Positions 1-13,007 of a stretch of 62,327 nucleotides of DNA are shown in pieces; the stretch's first letter is position 1; the number at the start of each line of letters is the position of its first letter. The stretch is from Mustelus asterias (lineage: Eukaryota). The notes under the pieces were generated by a model. It had not been told where the DNA came from. It was given only the letters and a program-made list of their open reading frames with translations, and searched no databases. Position numbers and translations under genes: made by a program. The stretch covers positions 1 to 62,327 of the forward strand of contig NW_027592149.1 in NCBI RefSeq assembly GCF_964213995.1. Reading direction: 5' to 3'.

Positions 1-21
1 GACCCAGCCTAGAGAATGTGA

Positions 22-28
22 CACTGTG
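22..28 (+). promoter_or_regulatory. JH recombination signal heptamer (CACTGTG); nonamer expected just outside the window
   Basis: Consensus heptamer abuts the JH coding end. Only 21 nt of spacer are visible, with no nonamer at 12-nt spacing, consistent with a 22/23-RSS. Confidence 0.88.
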
Positions 29-76
29 ACTCCATGGGCTACTGGGGACAAGGGACCATGGTGACGGTGACTGCAG
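29..76 (+). CDS. IGHJ: Immunoglobulin heavy-chain JH segment (germline, unjoined)
   Basis: Translates SMGYWGQGTMVTVTA (WGxG motif) and ends in a phase-1 donor G|GTAAG at 77. Confidence 0.96.
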
Positions 77-639
77 GTAAGAACCATGCCTTTATTTAGT
101 CAGTGTTTTATTTGAGTTTTTGTTTTATACTTTTTCTCGATTTTATAAATTCATTCGTTCAATGTAATGTGGTTTGGTGGATTCTGTGCTGAAAATCTTT
201 ACAATGTTTCATGTGATCCTGCTTAAAATGGGGGTTATAGAATTCTACTGTTAATTGACAAAAGGTGACACTGAGTGATTCAGTCTCTTGTTGTGATTTG
301 TTGTTTATCTGCTGAGGACATTGTGTGGCTGGGTTACTTTAAATGCCTTCCTTTTGTTAAACAGTTCGGCGTTTCTTCAATGTTTAATCTCGGTGACATC
401 TCGTGGCTGCGAGTTGCACCATCTACTGCACAAGTGTTTGAAATCTAACCCAATATTAACAAAATGTGTTAAAGTTGCTACTTTAATTTTGCGAACATGT
501 TCCGCTTAATCACAATCTGGTTTTGTTATGTCATTGTTGTGCTTATTTTAATTATTAGTTGTTTTGGTGATGGTCAGATTGGCTGAATTTTAAATTGAGA
601 TTTTCTGCCAATGTGAAATTTGATTCTGTTGCAACTGTT

Positions 640-2290
640 TGTAGAATTGAGCTGCTTCTGCATGAACCGGGGTTCAGTCCCTCAGTGCTGCGTGTTTGTG
701 GTGAGGAGGTTGTCTGTCTGGGTGACTTTGAATAAGTAAAATTTGTGAAATGGTTCGGAGATTCTGCACTGTTTCCACTCGGTGACACTGAGCTGTTGCA
801 CACTTTGTGATTGAATACAAACAGTCTGAGGGTTTTAAACTACTTGACGCGTGCCTGCAGACAGAAATCAGGCAGGCTTTATTGTATTTTTATTTTTTTA
901 AATCTTAGCTGATAATTGCAGGTTAAACCAAACCACGGTTTATGCCACTCGTCCAAAACATAGTTTGCCACTGCATTCACAATTTGGGATACAGGCCATG
1001 TTTAACCTCGGTGGCATCTGACGGCTGCAGCTTTTACCTACCCAATATTTAAATATGTTTGAAATCTGTTTGAAATATGACCCAATATGAATAGAATGTG
1101 GTAAAATTTCAATATTAATTTGTTGGACATATTCCACCTCTTCGCAATGCTATTGCTCTTATTCCAAATTTCTGTTTAGTTCAAACATTCATGTATTTGG
1201 TGACGAGCTGGGTTGCCGGATTGAATATTGAGATTTCCTTGCAATCATATTTTTGATTTTGTTGAATGGATAATTGAGTTGCGTCCCCGTGAAACGGATT
1301 CATTCCCTCATTGATGTGTTTTGGTGTGTTTCTGTTGAGGAGGTTCTGTTGTTGGGTCACTAAGAATGTTTAAAATGTGTGAAATGTTTTGGTGTTTCTG
1401 CATTGCTTAAACTCAGTGGCACTGAGCGGTTACACGTTTTCTGGTTAAATGCAAATAATCTATGAGTTTGAAAATCCTTGTAGGGAGAAAATAAGCAGGT
1501 TGTGAAAGAAATAAAATAAAGGTATTACAGCATTTTTATAAATTTTAACTAACTCTTAGAAATTAAAATAAATCATGTCTTACAACGCTCAATCGGACAC
1601 TAAGTAGTTGCTGCAAAAACAAACTTCTCATTAACAAGTTTGATAGTAAAATTAAGATAAATCAAACTGTTATTAATCGGTAACATAACTACATATTCAC
1701 AAAAGATTATTTTCTATTAATATCATTTCGCATTAATCGACTTTAATAGTTCTGCTGTGCTTTGCATACAATTAACATGACCAAAAAAGTTTCTCGGCTG
1801 GAAATATTTTGTGATAATTCCAGAAACTATTTCCATGATAACATGCTGTTTCCACAGCAGCGCTCAGTTCAACAAGATACTTTGCATTGATTGTTATATC
1901 CCCGATGAAGTTCGCATTCACTTAAATCTGAGTTTTGGAGAATAATTGGCAATAAAACGCTATTTGGCAATTTTTGTGCCCGATTATTACATTGTTTCTG
2001 TGCAGGCGCAGCATTCCTTCCAAGTAATTTGTAGTTGGATGCAGAGGTAATTAATCACTAATCTCATCTCAAAATTTGTGAAATGGTTTGGTGTTTCTCA
2101 ATTGTTTCTGTATTGTTTCAACTCGGTGATCCTGAGCGGTTACAGTTTTTCTAGCTAAATGAAAAAAACAAACTGCGTTTAAACATCCTTGTCAGGATAA
2201 AACAAACTGGTATCGGAAAAAATAAAACAAATATATATTTGAGCATTTTATTCATGTTAACTGATGCTTGCAGATTAAAGTAAATCATGA
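640..2290 (+). repeat. Three diverged direct copies of a 200-300 bp intronic unit (about 640-900, 1310-1580, 2070-2290)
   Basis: Shared core AAAATTTGTGAAATGGTT...ACTCGGTGACACTGAGC(T/G)GTT. Confidence 0.7.
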
Positions 2291-2299
2291 ATTACAATT

Positions 2300-3855
2300 C
2301 TTACTGTGTCACTGTATCTCTGTTAGGGACATTACACTACACTGGATCTGTTATATCTGATTTGCACATTTTCAGAAAAATAAAAATTTTTGCCCAGTTT
2401 TCGAGATTTGAGATAGACTTAAAAGTCGAAGGGAATTTTGAAATGAATATCAGTTTAATTTAAAAGAAGTTATTGATTTTTGTTGTTGTACTTTGAAAAT
2501 TGATCAGTTAGAATCCCACAGTTTAAATAAATTTGACAGAGTGAACACAGTTTTCTGACAGGTGGAATTCGCTGACACTAAACAATTGTTCATATCATGG
2601 TGTTTGAATTGTCGTAAGGTGTCAAGAGAAACTGGCTAGAGATTTACAATTTAATACTTGAAATTCAAATAATTAATTTTTTATAATATTATAATATTTT
2701 TATATGAGTAATATTTGCTCTGCATTTAATAATAACATCCTGTCTCCCATTACTGCTGAACATAGAATAGAATTATTGGATGAATAAATGACAGAATAGA
2801 AGAATTGATTCTATTTGAGCATTATGTTTAATTAGTATTAAATATTATACTGAAGAAAAAGTCTCGACTTATTTTGTGCATCACGTTTCAGTGTTGCAGA
2901 GGATTTGAATCAATTGTCCTCATTGTGTTTTTCATTGTTTAATTCAGAACTTCTTAATTTAAACAATATGTTCAGTAATTAAATTATATGGATGGTCCAA
3001 ATTATTAAATCTAGGAAGCAGCTTCATTGGCCTCAAACTGCCAGGCCGTTACAGTGTATACAAATTCAGAAACATGCATTCTTAACACGTTTGCAGGTTA
3101 TAATAAGGCATTTGGAGTAAAAGTGGAAATGAAAAAACATGACAATGTTATTCGATTGAAGCAAATGAATTACAGATGTCTGAATCTTTCCATTCAGGAA
3201 TTTGAAGTTTATTGTTTGAGATTTAATTGGAACCCAATTACTTCACAATGTTCGAGGCAGGGAAAGTTTTGAATGATTGAAAACTGATTTTATTACGGAG
3301 TACAAATCAGCTAACAGGAAAAGTAACCGGCAATTAACAAAACAAAATATAATATTGGTGCTAATTAATTTAAAACAGAATACCTTGAATAATGCACGGG
3401 CGTGCAAAGTATCATCCGTTTCAGAGAATGTTTAATTGTATCGAAAATGAATTCAGAAACAAAACCTTTCTTTCATCAGCTATGCTTAGCTCGATAAGGT
3501 GTTTTACCTCGACTATTTTGTTGATTACATTTAATTAAGAAATTCGATCGAATCAGGTAATGATTTTCAATGTAAATGTTTCTTGGTTTATTTAATCCTT
3601 ACTGTGTCACTGTATCTCTGGCAGGAACATTGAACTGTCCTGAATCTGTTATTTTTGATTCCTAATTTTCAGCGAAATTACATTTTTACATAGTTTTCGA
3701 GAAGTGAGAAAGACAGAGAGACATAATTAAAAATCGACAGGAGTTTTGAAATGAATATCAGTTTTATTTAAAAGAGGTCATTGATTTTCTGTTGTAAATT
3801 GATCATTGATCAATTAGATTCAAACAGTTTGAATTAAATTGACAGATTGAACATA
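2300..3855 (+). repeat. Direct duplication of about 260 bp (about 2300-2550 and 3598-3855)
   Basis: Both copies start TTACTGTGTCACTGTATCTCTG and share TTTTGAAATGAATATCAGTTT and TTGACAGA. Confidence 0.8.
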
Positions 3856-4270
3856 CCTACCTGCTGGGAAGTCGATTGTTGCACGTTTGTGTCTTCTGTT
3901 TCTGCGCGCGTGGTCACCGTGTTGGGGCCAGGAAACTGCCTGACTGGCTGTAAATCGTCTGGTTTATTCTCCTGTATTTCAGGGAGTTAAATTTGATTTA
4001 TTTCTTCATACACTTGTATCTGTGAGTAATGTGACAGTTTGACTTGATGTTTGGCTCGGCGTCTCAGAAATGAGATCCCTAAAGCACACTGTGACCATCA
4101 GAGAGAGCAGAAACTTCAGATTGTAGAGGGAGATTTGGATGATATTGAACCAGTGATGAACCGGCCTTGGGAATGTTCGATGAGCAAATGCAAAGTGAGA
4201 TTTACTATATTATGCTCCGTAGTAAAGCAGTCCCTGATCTGTTTAGTATGACAGTTGAAGGGTCAAATTC

Positions 4271-4278
4271 ATTTGCAT
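4271..4278 (+). promoter_or_regulatory. Octamer motif ATTTGCAT in the J-C intron (second perfect octamer ATGCAAAT at 1449-1456)
   Basis: Exact Oct1/Oct2 consensus; function is inferred from position only. Confidence 0.4.
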
Positions 4279-4929
4279 CTTATTTTTAATCTTCTAAAGC
4301 CATTTTAGAGTCATTTGCTCGGCCAGAATTTTTAATCATCAATAATTGTTCCTTGAGAAAGTGTTGATATGAAGCATCCTTGAATAACTGCAATCCATAT
4401 GCTGCAGGCATCCGCCGTGCTGTTAGGCGGAAGTTCCAGGATTTTGAGCCAGAAGGAACTGAGGTATTGTTTCAAGTCAGGATGGTGTGTGTCTTGGAGG
4501 GGAGCTTGCAGGTGGTAGCCTTCATATGTGGCTGCTGCCCTTATCCTGTTAGGATATAAAGGCAACGGGTTTGGACAGTGTTTACTATGGAGCCTTGGTG
4601 AGTTGCTGCAGTGCATCTTGTATATAATACACACTGCTGTCACTGCTTGTTAGTGATGGAGAGAGCGAATAGGGTGAATGAGGGGGCGGATAATCTTGTG
4701 GGTGGCTTTGCCCTGGATTGTGTCAAATTTCTTAAGTTTTTACAGGTTTCCCTCATTGAGGAAAGGGGAAATTATTCAATTGCGACTGATAGCGAAAGAT
4801 TTAAATGTTTTTCCAACCCTTGGCCCGCGCTCCATATTGTGCTCACTTGTCACTCCCACTTACTGCATGAATGGGTGAGTATGTGTGGAGTGAGTGTGCT
4901 TTTCCAGACTGAATCAGCCAAATAGAGAC

Positions 4930-6561
4930 TTATACACATCACACACTCTCACACACATAATTACTCTCATATTCTCTCACACATGCACACACACACACAT
5001 ACATACTCACACTTACTTTCTCTCTCATACGGTCTCTCTTACACACCCATACACATTCTCTCTCTCACGTTACACATACACTCTCTCAATACAAATACAT
5101 ACATCGTCTCGCTCTCTCCATCAATCTCTCACATCCCCATACACAAAAGCGCTCACATCCCCACACACCCACCCATTCTCTCTTATACACAGACACACAC
5201 TCTCACATAAGCACAGTCTCACACTCTCGCACACGCACTCTCACATGGACTCTCTCTCTTCCACTCTCTGTCACACACGCTCAAGCTGTCTCACATTTCT
5301 TCACACGCTCTCTCACAATTCCTCTTGCACACGCATCTCTCTCTCTCTCTCACACACATATTTATATTTCTCTTGCGCACACTATCTCACACCTCTACAT
5401 TCTTGCTCTCACACACTGGCTCTCTCACAAACACATTCACAAACATAGAACATGCACACACTCTAACACACACTCTTACACACAGACACGGTCTCTCACA
5501 TAAGCACAGTCTCGCGCACACATTCTCTCTCTCACACACACATGCACTATCCCTCTCACATTCCCTCTTCCGTACACTCTCACTTCGTCTCACACACATT
5601 CCCATGCTCTCACTCATACGGACACTTGCACACGCATTCTCTCACACAGGTACATATTTCTCTCTCTTTCACCCGCTCACTCCCTTACACATTGTCTCAC
5701 ACACGCACAATCTTGCTCTCAAACACTGTCTCTCACAAACACCCTCTCTTTCACACGCACACAATCTCGCACACAGTCTCATAGAACATAGAACATAGAA
5801 CAGTACAGCACAGAACAGGCCCTTCGGCCCACGATGTTGTGCCGAGCTTTATCTGAAACCAAGATCAAGCTATCCCACTCCCTATCATCCTGGTGTACTC
5901 CATGTGCCTATCCAATAACCGCTTAAATGTTCCTAAAGTGTCTGACTCCACTATCACTGCAGGCAGTCCATTCCACACCCCAACCACTCTCTGCGTGAAG
6001 AACCTACCTCTGATATCCTTCCTATATCTCCCACCATGAACCCTATAGTTATGCCCCCTTGTAATAGCTCCATCCACCCGAGGAAATAGTCTTTGAACGT
6101 TCACTCGATCTATCCCCTTCATCATTTTATAAACCTCTATTAAGTCTCCCCTCAATCTCCTCCGCTCCAGAGAGAACAGCCCCAGCTCCCTCAACCTTTC
6201 CTCATAAGACCGACACTCCAAACCAGGCAGCATCCTGGTAAATCTCCTCTGCACTCTTTCCAGCGCTTCCACATCCTTCTTATAGTGAGGTGACCAGAAC
6301 TGCACGCAATATTCCAAATGCGGTCTCACCAAGGTCCTGTACAGTTGCAGCATAACCCCACGGCTCTTAAACTCCAACCCCCTCCAGTCTCTCCTCCTCT
6401 TATACACGAACACACATGTATATACAATGTATCTCTCTTTAAACACTCCACCTACCACAGACACATGTTCTCTCAACAGTCAATTCACTCACACACACTC
6501 ACGCATCCACTCTGTCTAAGTTTCACACTTTTTCTCGCTCACACACACTCTTCCCGCCCCT

Positions 6562-6597
<36 letters not shown>

Positions 6598-7114
6598 TCA
6601 AACACCCCACATTGCTTCTATCATCCACACACATTGTACACATCTTTCTCACTCACACGCCATCCCATGCACAGTTTCACACAGTGATGAACATATTATT
6701 TTGCTTTCCAATAGGCACTCCCTCTCACACACACTGTCTTTCACATGAACACAACACTCTCCCACACACATAACCTCCCTCTCAGGCACACACACTCTCT
6801 TTCACAGACATCGTGTATCTCAAATAGACACACTCCCTTTCACATCAACATACACACAATCACACACAGAAGTACTCTTTCACACAGACTCCCCACACAC
6901 ACTCTCCCCGCCCCTCCACACGCATACATTTTCAAGAAGAGACACACTCTCACACACAAAGAATAACTCTTCAAACACACATTCTGTCTCTCACACACAC
7001 ATTATCTCACACATCCTTTCTCTCACGTACACTCTCTCCTCTTGCACGCACAGCCCACTGTCTCACACACGTGCAAACGCATTCTATCATTCACAGGCAT
7101 CCTCACACACACGT

Positions 7115-7176
<62 letters not shown>

Positions 7177-7250
7177 CCTCTATCTCTCTCTCCCTCTATC
7201 GCTCTCTCTCTCTCGCTCTCTCTCACACACACACTTTCGGTCTCACATAC
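4930..7250. repeat. Degenerate CA/CT low-complexity tract, including (CA)n at about 6563-6592 and (TC)n at about 7115-7223
   Basis: Directly visible. It explains the His/Thr/Ser/Leu-rich spurious ORFs. Confidence 0.92.
5779..6385 (-). mobile_element. CR1-clade LINE 3' fragment
   Basis: ORF LYRTLVRPHLEYCVQFWSP...RRRLRGDLIEVYK...FFTQRVV plus a (TTCTATG)n tail. Confidence 0.93.
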
Positions 7251-7273
7251 GTCAGAGTGTCTGTCCTTGACAC

Positions 7274-7592
7274 CATAGAGTAGAATCATAGGATCCTACA
7301 GTGCAGAAGGAAGCCATTCAGCCCATCGAGTCTGCACCAACAGCAATCCCACCAAAGCCCTATCCCCATAACCACATGTATTTACCCTAACTCGTCACCC
7401 TGACACTAAGGGGCAATTTTAGCACGGCCAATCCACCGAACCCACACATCGTTGGACTGTGGGAGGAAACAGGAGCACCCGAATGAAACCCAAACAGACA
7501 CGGGGGGAACTTGCAAACTCCACACAGACAGTGACCCAGTCGGGAATCCAACTCTGAGGCAGCAGCGCTAATCACTGTGCCACGGTGCCACC
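7274..7592 (-). mobile_element. HE1-like tRNA-derived SINE
   Basis: tRNA-like head (GGCACAGTG...), central GTGTGGAGTTTGCA...CCCACAGTCC core and CR1-like tail. Confidence 0.88.
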
Positions 7593-8204
7593 ATCCCCCC
7601 CCCCCCCCCCCGACCGCCCCCCCCCCCCCGACCCCCCCCCTCCCCCCGACCCCGGTAGCATTTGAATGAGGGTGGGATCAAGGGGCCCGAGTAAAACTCA
7701 AGTCAATAAGAATCGGCGGGAAATTCTTCTCTGTTTGAAGTCATACTTAGCAGAAAGCAACATGGTATTGGTGGTTGGAGGGCAAACATCTAAGTTCAGA
7801 TTTCACTGCAGGATTTCGGCAGGGGAGTGTTTTGGGAGCAACAATCTTCTACTGCTTCAACAGTGACATTCCCTCCAACATGAGGTCAGAAGTAGGAATT
7901 TCCATGTGTTACACCGGACAAAAACACCCAAAAAATAAGAAGGGAATTGGCTGAGACCAAGGCCGCCTGGCTCCCCAATACTGGTGTAAACTTGGTGTTT
8001 GATTCCTGTGCGACCCATCCTAGTTTTGCTGTCAGCTTCCCTGCAGCTCCCTCAGTCTGACTATTTGTTCACTGGTACGTGTTTCTTAAAGAAAGACACC
8101 GACATTAAAGCAGCTGCCCGGTGATTTACACATCCCTGTTACTGAAAGCTGATCAATGTGGAGAATCGGGAAAAGATCGATGGAGAGGAAGAGGTGGAGG
8201 TGGC

Positions 8205-9715
8205 CCACTGACTCTGTCACCGTCAACCACATTTACTCACTCACCCTCAATCTCTCATCCTCACTCAAAGAACTTGACTCACTCACCCTCACTTATCCAC
8301 CTTCCCTCGCTGACACACTCTCACTCATTCATCCCCACTCACAAATCCCAACTCACTCATCCCAACTCACTCATCCCAACTCACTCACCCTTGCTCACTC
8401 ATCCACCCTCACACACTCAATTTCACACACTCAATCTCATACACTCAACTTCACACACTCAATCTCACGCACTCAACCTCAGAAACTCATTGATCCTCAT
8501 TCACCCTGAGTCACTCACCCTCACACCCTCACTCACTCAAAATCACTCACACACATTCGCTCACTCACTCTCACCCATCCTCACTCACTCACCCTCATTC
8601 ACTCACATTCACACCCTCATTCACTCACCAGCACTCACTTACTCACTCAGACACACTCGCCCTCACACACCCTCACTCACTCATCCTGATTCACTCATTG
8701 TCACTCAGTCACCCACACTCACACGCTATCACTCACTCAATCTCACTCACTAACCCTCAGTCACTCAGTCAGAGCCTCAGTCACTCACCAACACTCATAG
8801 TCACCTTCGTTCACTCATCCCACTAACACACCCTCACTCACCCAGTCTCACTCACTCAGCCCACTTACCCACCCTCACTTATCCAGTCTCACTCACTCTC
8901 ACTCACCCTCACTCACCCCACTTACCCACCTTCACTCATCCAGTCTCAATCACTATCACTCACTCACCGCACTTACCCTCCCTCATCATCCAGTCTCAAT
9001 CTCACTCACTCACCCTCACTCACTCTCCCCACTTACCCACCCTCACTCACCCAGACGCACCCCTACACGCTCAAGCTCAATTACCCTCCCTCTCTCACGT
9101 ACGCCACCTGACCCATTCAAACTCACTGAGACTCACGCACCTACATTCACTCACACACCCTCACATATTCACCATCACTCACGTTCACCCACCCTAACTC
9201 ACAGATCCTCAATCACTCATCCTCAGTCAAACACCTTTACTCACTCGCCTTCACTCATCCACCCATCCGCATTCATTCTCGCTCACACACTCTCACACAC
9301 CACCCTCAATAACACACCCTGACTCACTCACTCTCTCACCCTCACTTACTAAGTCACATTCACTCCTCACCCTCATTCACTCGCTCTCACTCACCCACCT
9401 TCACTAACCTTCACGCATCCTCACTCACACACCCTCATTCATTCTCTCTTACCGGCACTCACTCACCCACCTTCACTCACACATTCAGCCACCTTCACTC
9501 ACCCACCCTCTCTCACACACCCTCATTTACTCACGCTCTCTCACCCTCACCCACACTCACTCACTCATCCTCAATCACTCATCCTCACTGAAAGAACTTC
9601 AATCACTCACCCTCACTTACCCACCTTCGTCACTCACACACCATCACTCATCCACTCTCACTCCTTCAATCACTCACCCTCACGCACTCACATTCTCTCA
9701 CTCACACTCGCTAAA
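8205..9715 (+). repeat. C/A-rich degenerate (CTCACTCACC)n tract, G-poor on the + strand
   Basis: Directly visible. Confidence 0.9.
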
Positions 9716-9849
9716 CCTGTGTGTGGAGGTCTGCAACGAGAGAGAAGAAAGATCTCAAGCGGCAGTTTGGTGTTCAAATGTGGGAGCTGCCCTGCGAATG
9801 TGGAGAGCTGGGGGGAATCCCTGGGGGCTCATGGCCAAGGACAATGGCA

Positions 9850-10445
9850 AAGAGCCGGGGAGAACAGGAGGTGTGCTAAAGGGCAGAGAGCCGGGGGGGA
9901 AGGGCAGAGAGCCTGGGGAATGGGCCCACAGCCGGGCAACAGGGCTGAGAGCCGGGAAAGGGCAGAGAGTCAGGAGAAAGTGCAGAGAGCCAGAAGAAAG
10001 GGCAGAGAGCTAATAGAAAGGGCAGGGAGCCAGGTGAAAGGGCAGAGAACCAGGAGAAAGGACAGAGGGACCAGGGAAAGAGGAGAGAGCCAGGATAAAG
10101 GGCAGGGAGGCCGGGGAAAGGACAGAGAGCCGAGGGAAAGGACAAGAGAGCCCACAGGAAAGGGCAGAGAGTCAGGGGGAAAGGCAGAGAGTCAGGGGGA
10201 AAGGGCAGAGAGCCAGGGGAAAGGGGAAAGTGGATATGGAGCAGGGACACCGGGCAGAGAGCCGGGGGAAAGGGTAGGGAGCTGAGGGAAAGGGCAGGGA
10301 GCCGGGGGAGAGGGGACAGAGCTGGAGGGAAGTGTAGAGAGCCAGGTGGAAGTGCGGAGAGCCGGGTGAAAGGAGAAAAGAGCCACAGGGAATAGCAGAG
10401 AGCCAGGGGAAAGCGCAGAGAGTCGGGGAAAATGGGCAGAGAGTG
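9850..10445 (+). repeat. G/A-rich tandem repeat, unit about 20 nt (GGGCAGAGAGCCGGGGGAAA)
   Basis: Directly visible, with roughly 25-30 degenerate units. Confidence 0.9.
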
Positions 10446-10768
10446 GGTGATCGACGGGCGGAGTGAGGATGTGCAAAATAGAGCTATCACCACAACCAGA
10501 TCATCTGTAATCTCAGTGAATAATGGAGGAGACTTCAGGGCGGGAATGGCCAACTCATGCTATTAATGTATGACCCTTCAATTAGTCAATGTTGCAATTA
10601 TTTGAATTTGTAATCACATTTAGAGTTTCCTGGTCATTCAGTAAGTATTCATTCCGAAGGTAGTTTTGAAGCAAAGTCACTAATCTTCGTTTTGTGGAGT
10701 GAGAGGCAGTGAGTTGGAGAGAGGAAGGGACATCAGCTAGTTTGTACACAGGCAATATCCAAAACTAC

Positions 10769-10895
10769 AATGTGGATATGCCGACGCTAGGTTGGGGTGG
10801 GCACAGTAAGGAGTCTCACAACACCAGGTTAAAGTACAACAGGATTATTTGGAATCGTGAGCTTTTGGAACTCTTTCATCAGGCGAGTGGCTGAT
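10769..10895 (-). mobile_element. Penelope-like element terminal fragment
   Basis: Matches the terminal repeat of the element at 19368-20787 (CACAGTAAG...ACAACACCAGGTTAAAGT). Confidence 0.75.
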
Positions 10896-11421
10896 ATGAA
10901 TGAAGAGACACCGTCTTCATCACAAAGTGCTGTTGTTTGAGAAATAGCTCGTGCCTGAAGTAATGGAGAAACTCTTTACACTTCTCTGTTAATCCAATGA
11001 ATGGTATGTCATTACAATGACATCAAAATGTTTTTGTCTTTCCAATCTGATAGAGGTCGAGACAGTGATGTGAGTTTCTACAAAGATGGCGATTCTCAAA
11101 TGATAGGAGTAACAAAAGCTGAAAGGTGTATGTAGGTCTTAATCGGGAAATATAAAGTTAAGTTCATAATTCTAGACAAATCGTGATGTAGAAACATAGA
11201 AAATAGAAGCAGGAGTAGGCCATTCGGCCCTTTGACCCTGCTCTACCATTCACTTTGATCACAGCTCATCAATATCCTGACCCCGTCTACAACCCATATC
11301 CATTGATCCCTTTAGCCCCAAGAACTATACCTAATATTGAAACTTACTTGTATAAATATGTTTGACTAATTAATAAACGCAAGTAAGAGTCTAACTTGTT
11401 GAATCGACTATTCTTTCCCAG

Positions 11422-11721
11422 CGACACCGTCTCCGCCCACTCTCTACAGCCTCGTCTCTTCCTGTCAGCAACACAACTCCGCTGGCTCCATCACCTACGG
11501 CTGTTTGGCGATGGACTACTCTCCAGATGTCTCCAAACTGACCTGGAAGAAAAATGGGCAGCTGATCGCCACTGGATTTAAGACTTATCCATCAGTGAGA
11601 AACGCGAAGGGAACCTATACCCTGAGCAGCCAGTTAACCATCACCCAGTCAGAGGGAGAGTGCAGCAAAATCGACTGTGAGGTTCGACACAGCGACTCCG
11701 TCAAGAGCATTGGAATGCAAT
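11422..11721 (+). CDS. IGHM: IgM heavy chain constant exon Cmu1
   Basis: Acceptor TTCCCAG|, phase 1-1, 300 nt, donor [23 protein letters not shown]...[10 protein letters not shown]...TWKK...YTLSSQLT...CEVRH is a C1-set domain with the light-chain-binding Cys. Confidence 0.96.
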
Positions 11722-11859
11722 GTAAGTGTTGTGGAACTTGGGCAAGACAGGAACGCTGTGATTGAACTGTATAAGGCTTTAGTTATAACTGATCTGTAGC
11801 ATTCTGAAAAAAATTGAATTATTCAAAATCCAAGTAAGTGTCTACTGACTGAAAAGTTG

Positions 11860-12600
11860 TTCAGAACCAAAGAACAACAGGACTATTACTGTGCAGAATG
11901 AGGCCATTGAGCCCATCATGTCTGTGCTGGCCAAAAGGGAGAACAAATAAACTAGCCAGACATTTGGAGCCCATTTTCCAGCCCTTGCGCCGTAGCCGTG
12001 CAGGTTAAAGCACCTGAGATGCAGACGTAATGACCTTTTAAATGACCATGCTTCCTGGTAATTGAGCCCTCGACTTGGGGGATGAATTATTTCTGCCTAC
12101 GTCCCTTCTAATTTTGTGAACCACAATTATGTCACGCCTCAGCCTCCTCTTTTTCTAAGGAGAAAAACCCCTGCCTATCCAATCTCTCCTCATGGCGGGA
12201 ATTTTCAGTCCCTGGCAACATTCTTGTCAGCGTCATCTCTCTCTAGAGCCATTACGTCATTCCTGCAACGTGGTGACCAGAACTGTACAGCAAACTCCAA
12301 ACGTAGCCTAACTAGCGTTTTATACAGCTCCATCATTGCATCACTGTTTTTGCATTCAATATCTCACATAATAGAGGAACTAATCCGATATGCTTTCTTG
12401 ATCAACTTTTCCAGCTGCCCTACCATCTACAAGGACCTGTGGACATGCACTCCATGGTCTTGCATTTCCTCAATCCCTCGAAATCTTCCATTTTATCGAC
12501 TATTCCCTTGCTTTGTTTGCCCTCCCAAATTCATTGCGTGGCACTTTTGACGGTTGAATTCCATTCGCTATTTCCCTACCAATTCAACCAAACCATGGAT
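11860..12600 (-). mobile_element. Degenerate CR1 LINE fragment in the Cmu1-Cmu2 intron
   Basis: GGTGACCAGAACTG...CTCCAA motif (FWSP region) and a CR1-type 3' tail. Confidence 0.75.
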
Positions 12601-12701
12601 ATAATTCCCAAATTGGCAGCTCCGGTGCTAAAATAAAAGCATTAATTTTAAGTGTTGTCAGTTGAACCTTCAAGTAACGTCTAAACGTGTGTTTGTTGAA
12701 G

Positions 12702-13007
12702 GCGACATCCCCCCAACCGTTATCCTCACCGTGAGTTCCAGTGAAGAAATCACAAGCAGGAAATTTGCAACCATCGTCTGTTCAATCATCGATTTCCAGC
12801 CAAAGTCAATGACGGTGGAGTGGCTGAAGAATGGACAACCCATGGATTCAGGAATTGCCACCTCTCCTGCCTGTGAAGTGAACGGAAACTTCTCGGCGAG
12901 CAGTCGGCTGACAGTCTCCGCTGGGGAATGGTTCAGCAAAACGGTCTATACCTGCCAGGTCACTCATCAAGGACTCACTCAGAGTCAGAACATCACCGGA
13001 TCTCTGG
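12702..13007 (+). CDS. IGHM: IgM heavy chain constant exon Cmu2
   Basis: AG|...G|GTAAG, 306 nt. DIPPTVILT...[12 protein letters not shown]...WLKNG...[10 protein letters not shown]...YTCQVTH. Confidence 0.96.

Noticed and set aside
4087-4093. Intronic CACTGTG heptamer (also the CACAGTG in SINE heads and at 51044)
   Set aside because: No nonamer-like sequence at 12- or 22/23-nt spacing.
4894-10553. Long ORFs rich in His/Thr/Ser/Leu or Gly/Arg/Glu/Pro
   Set aside because: They are translations of low-complexity repeats.
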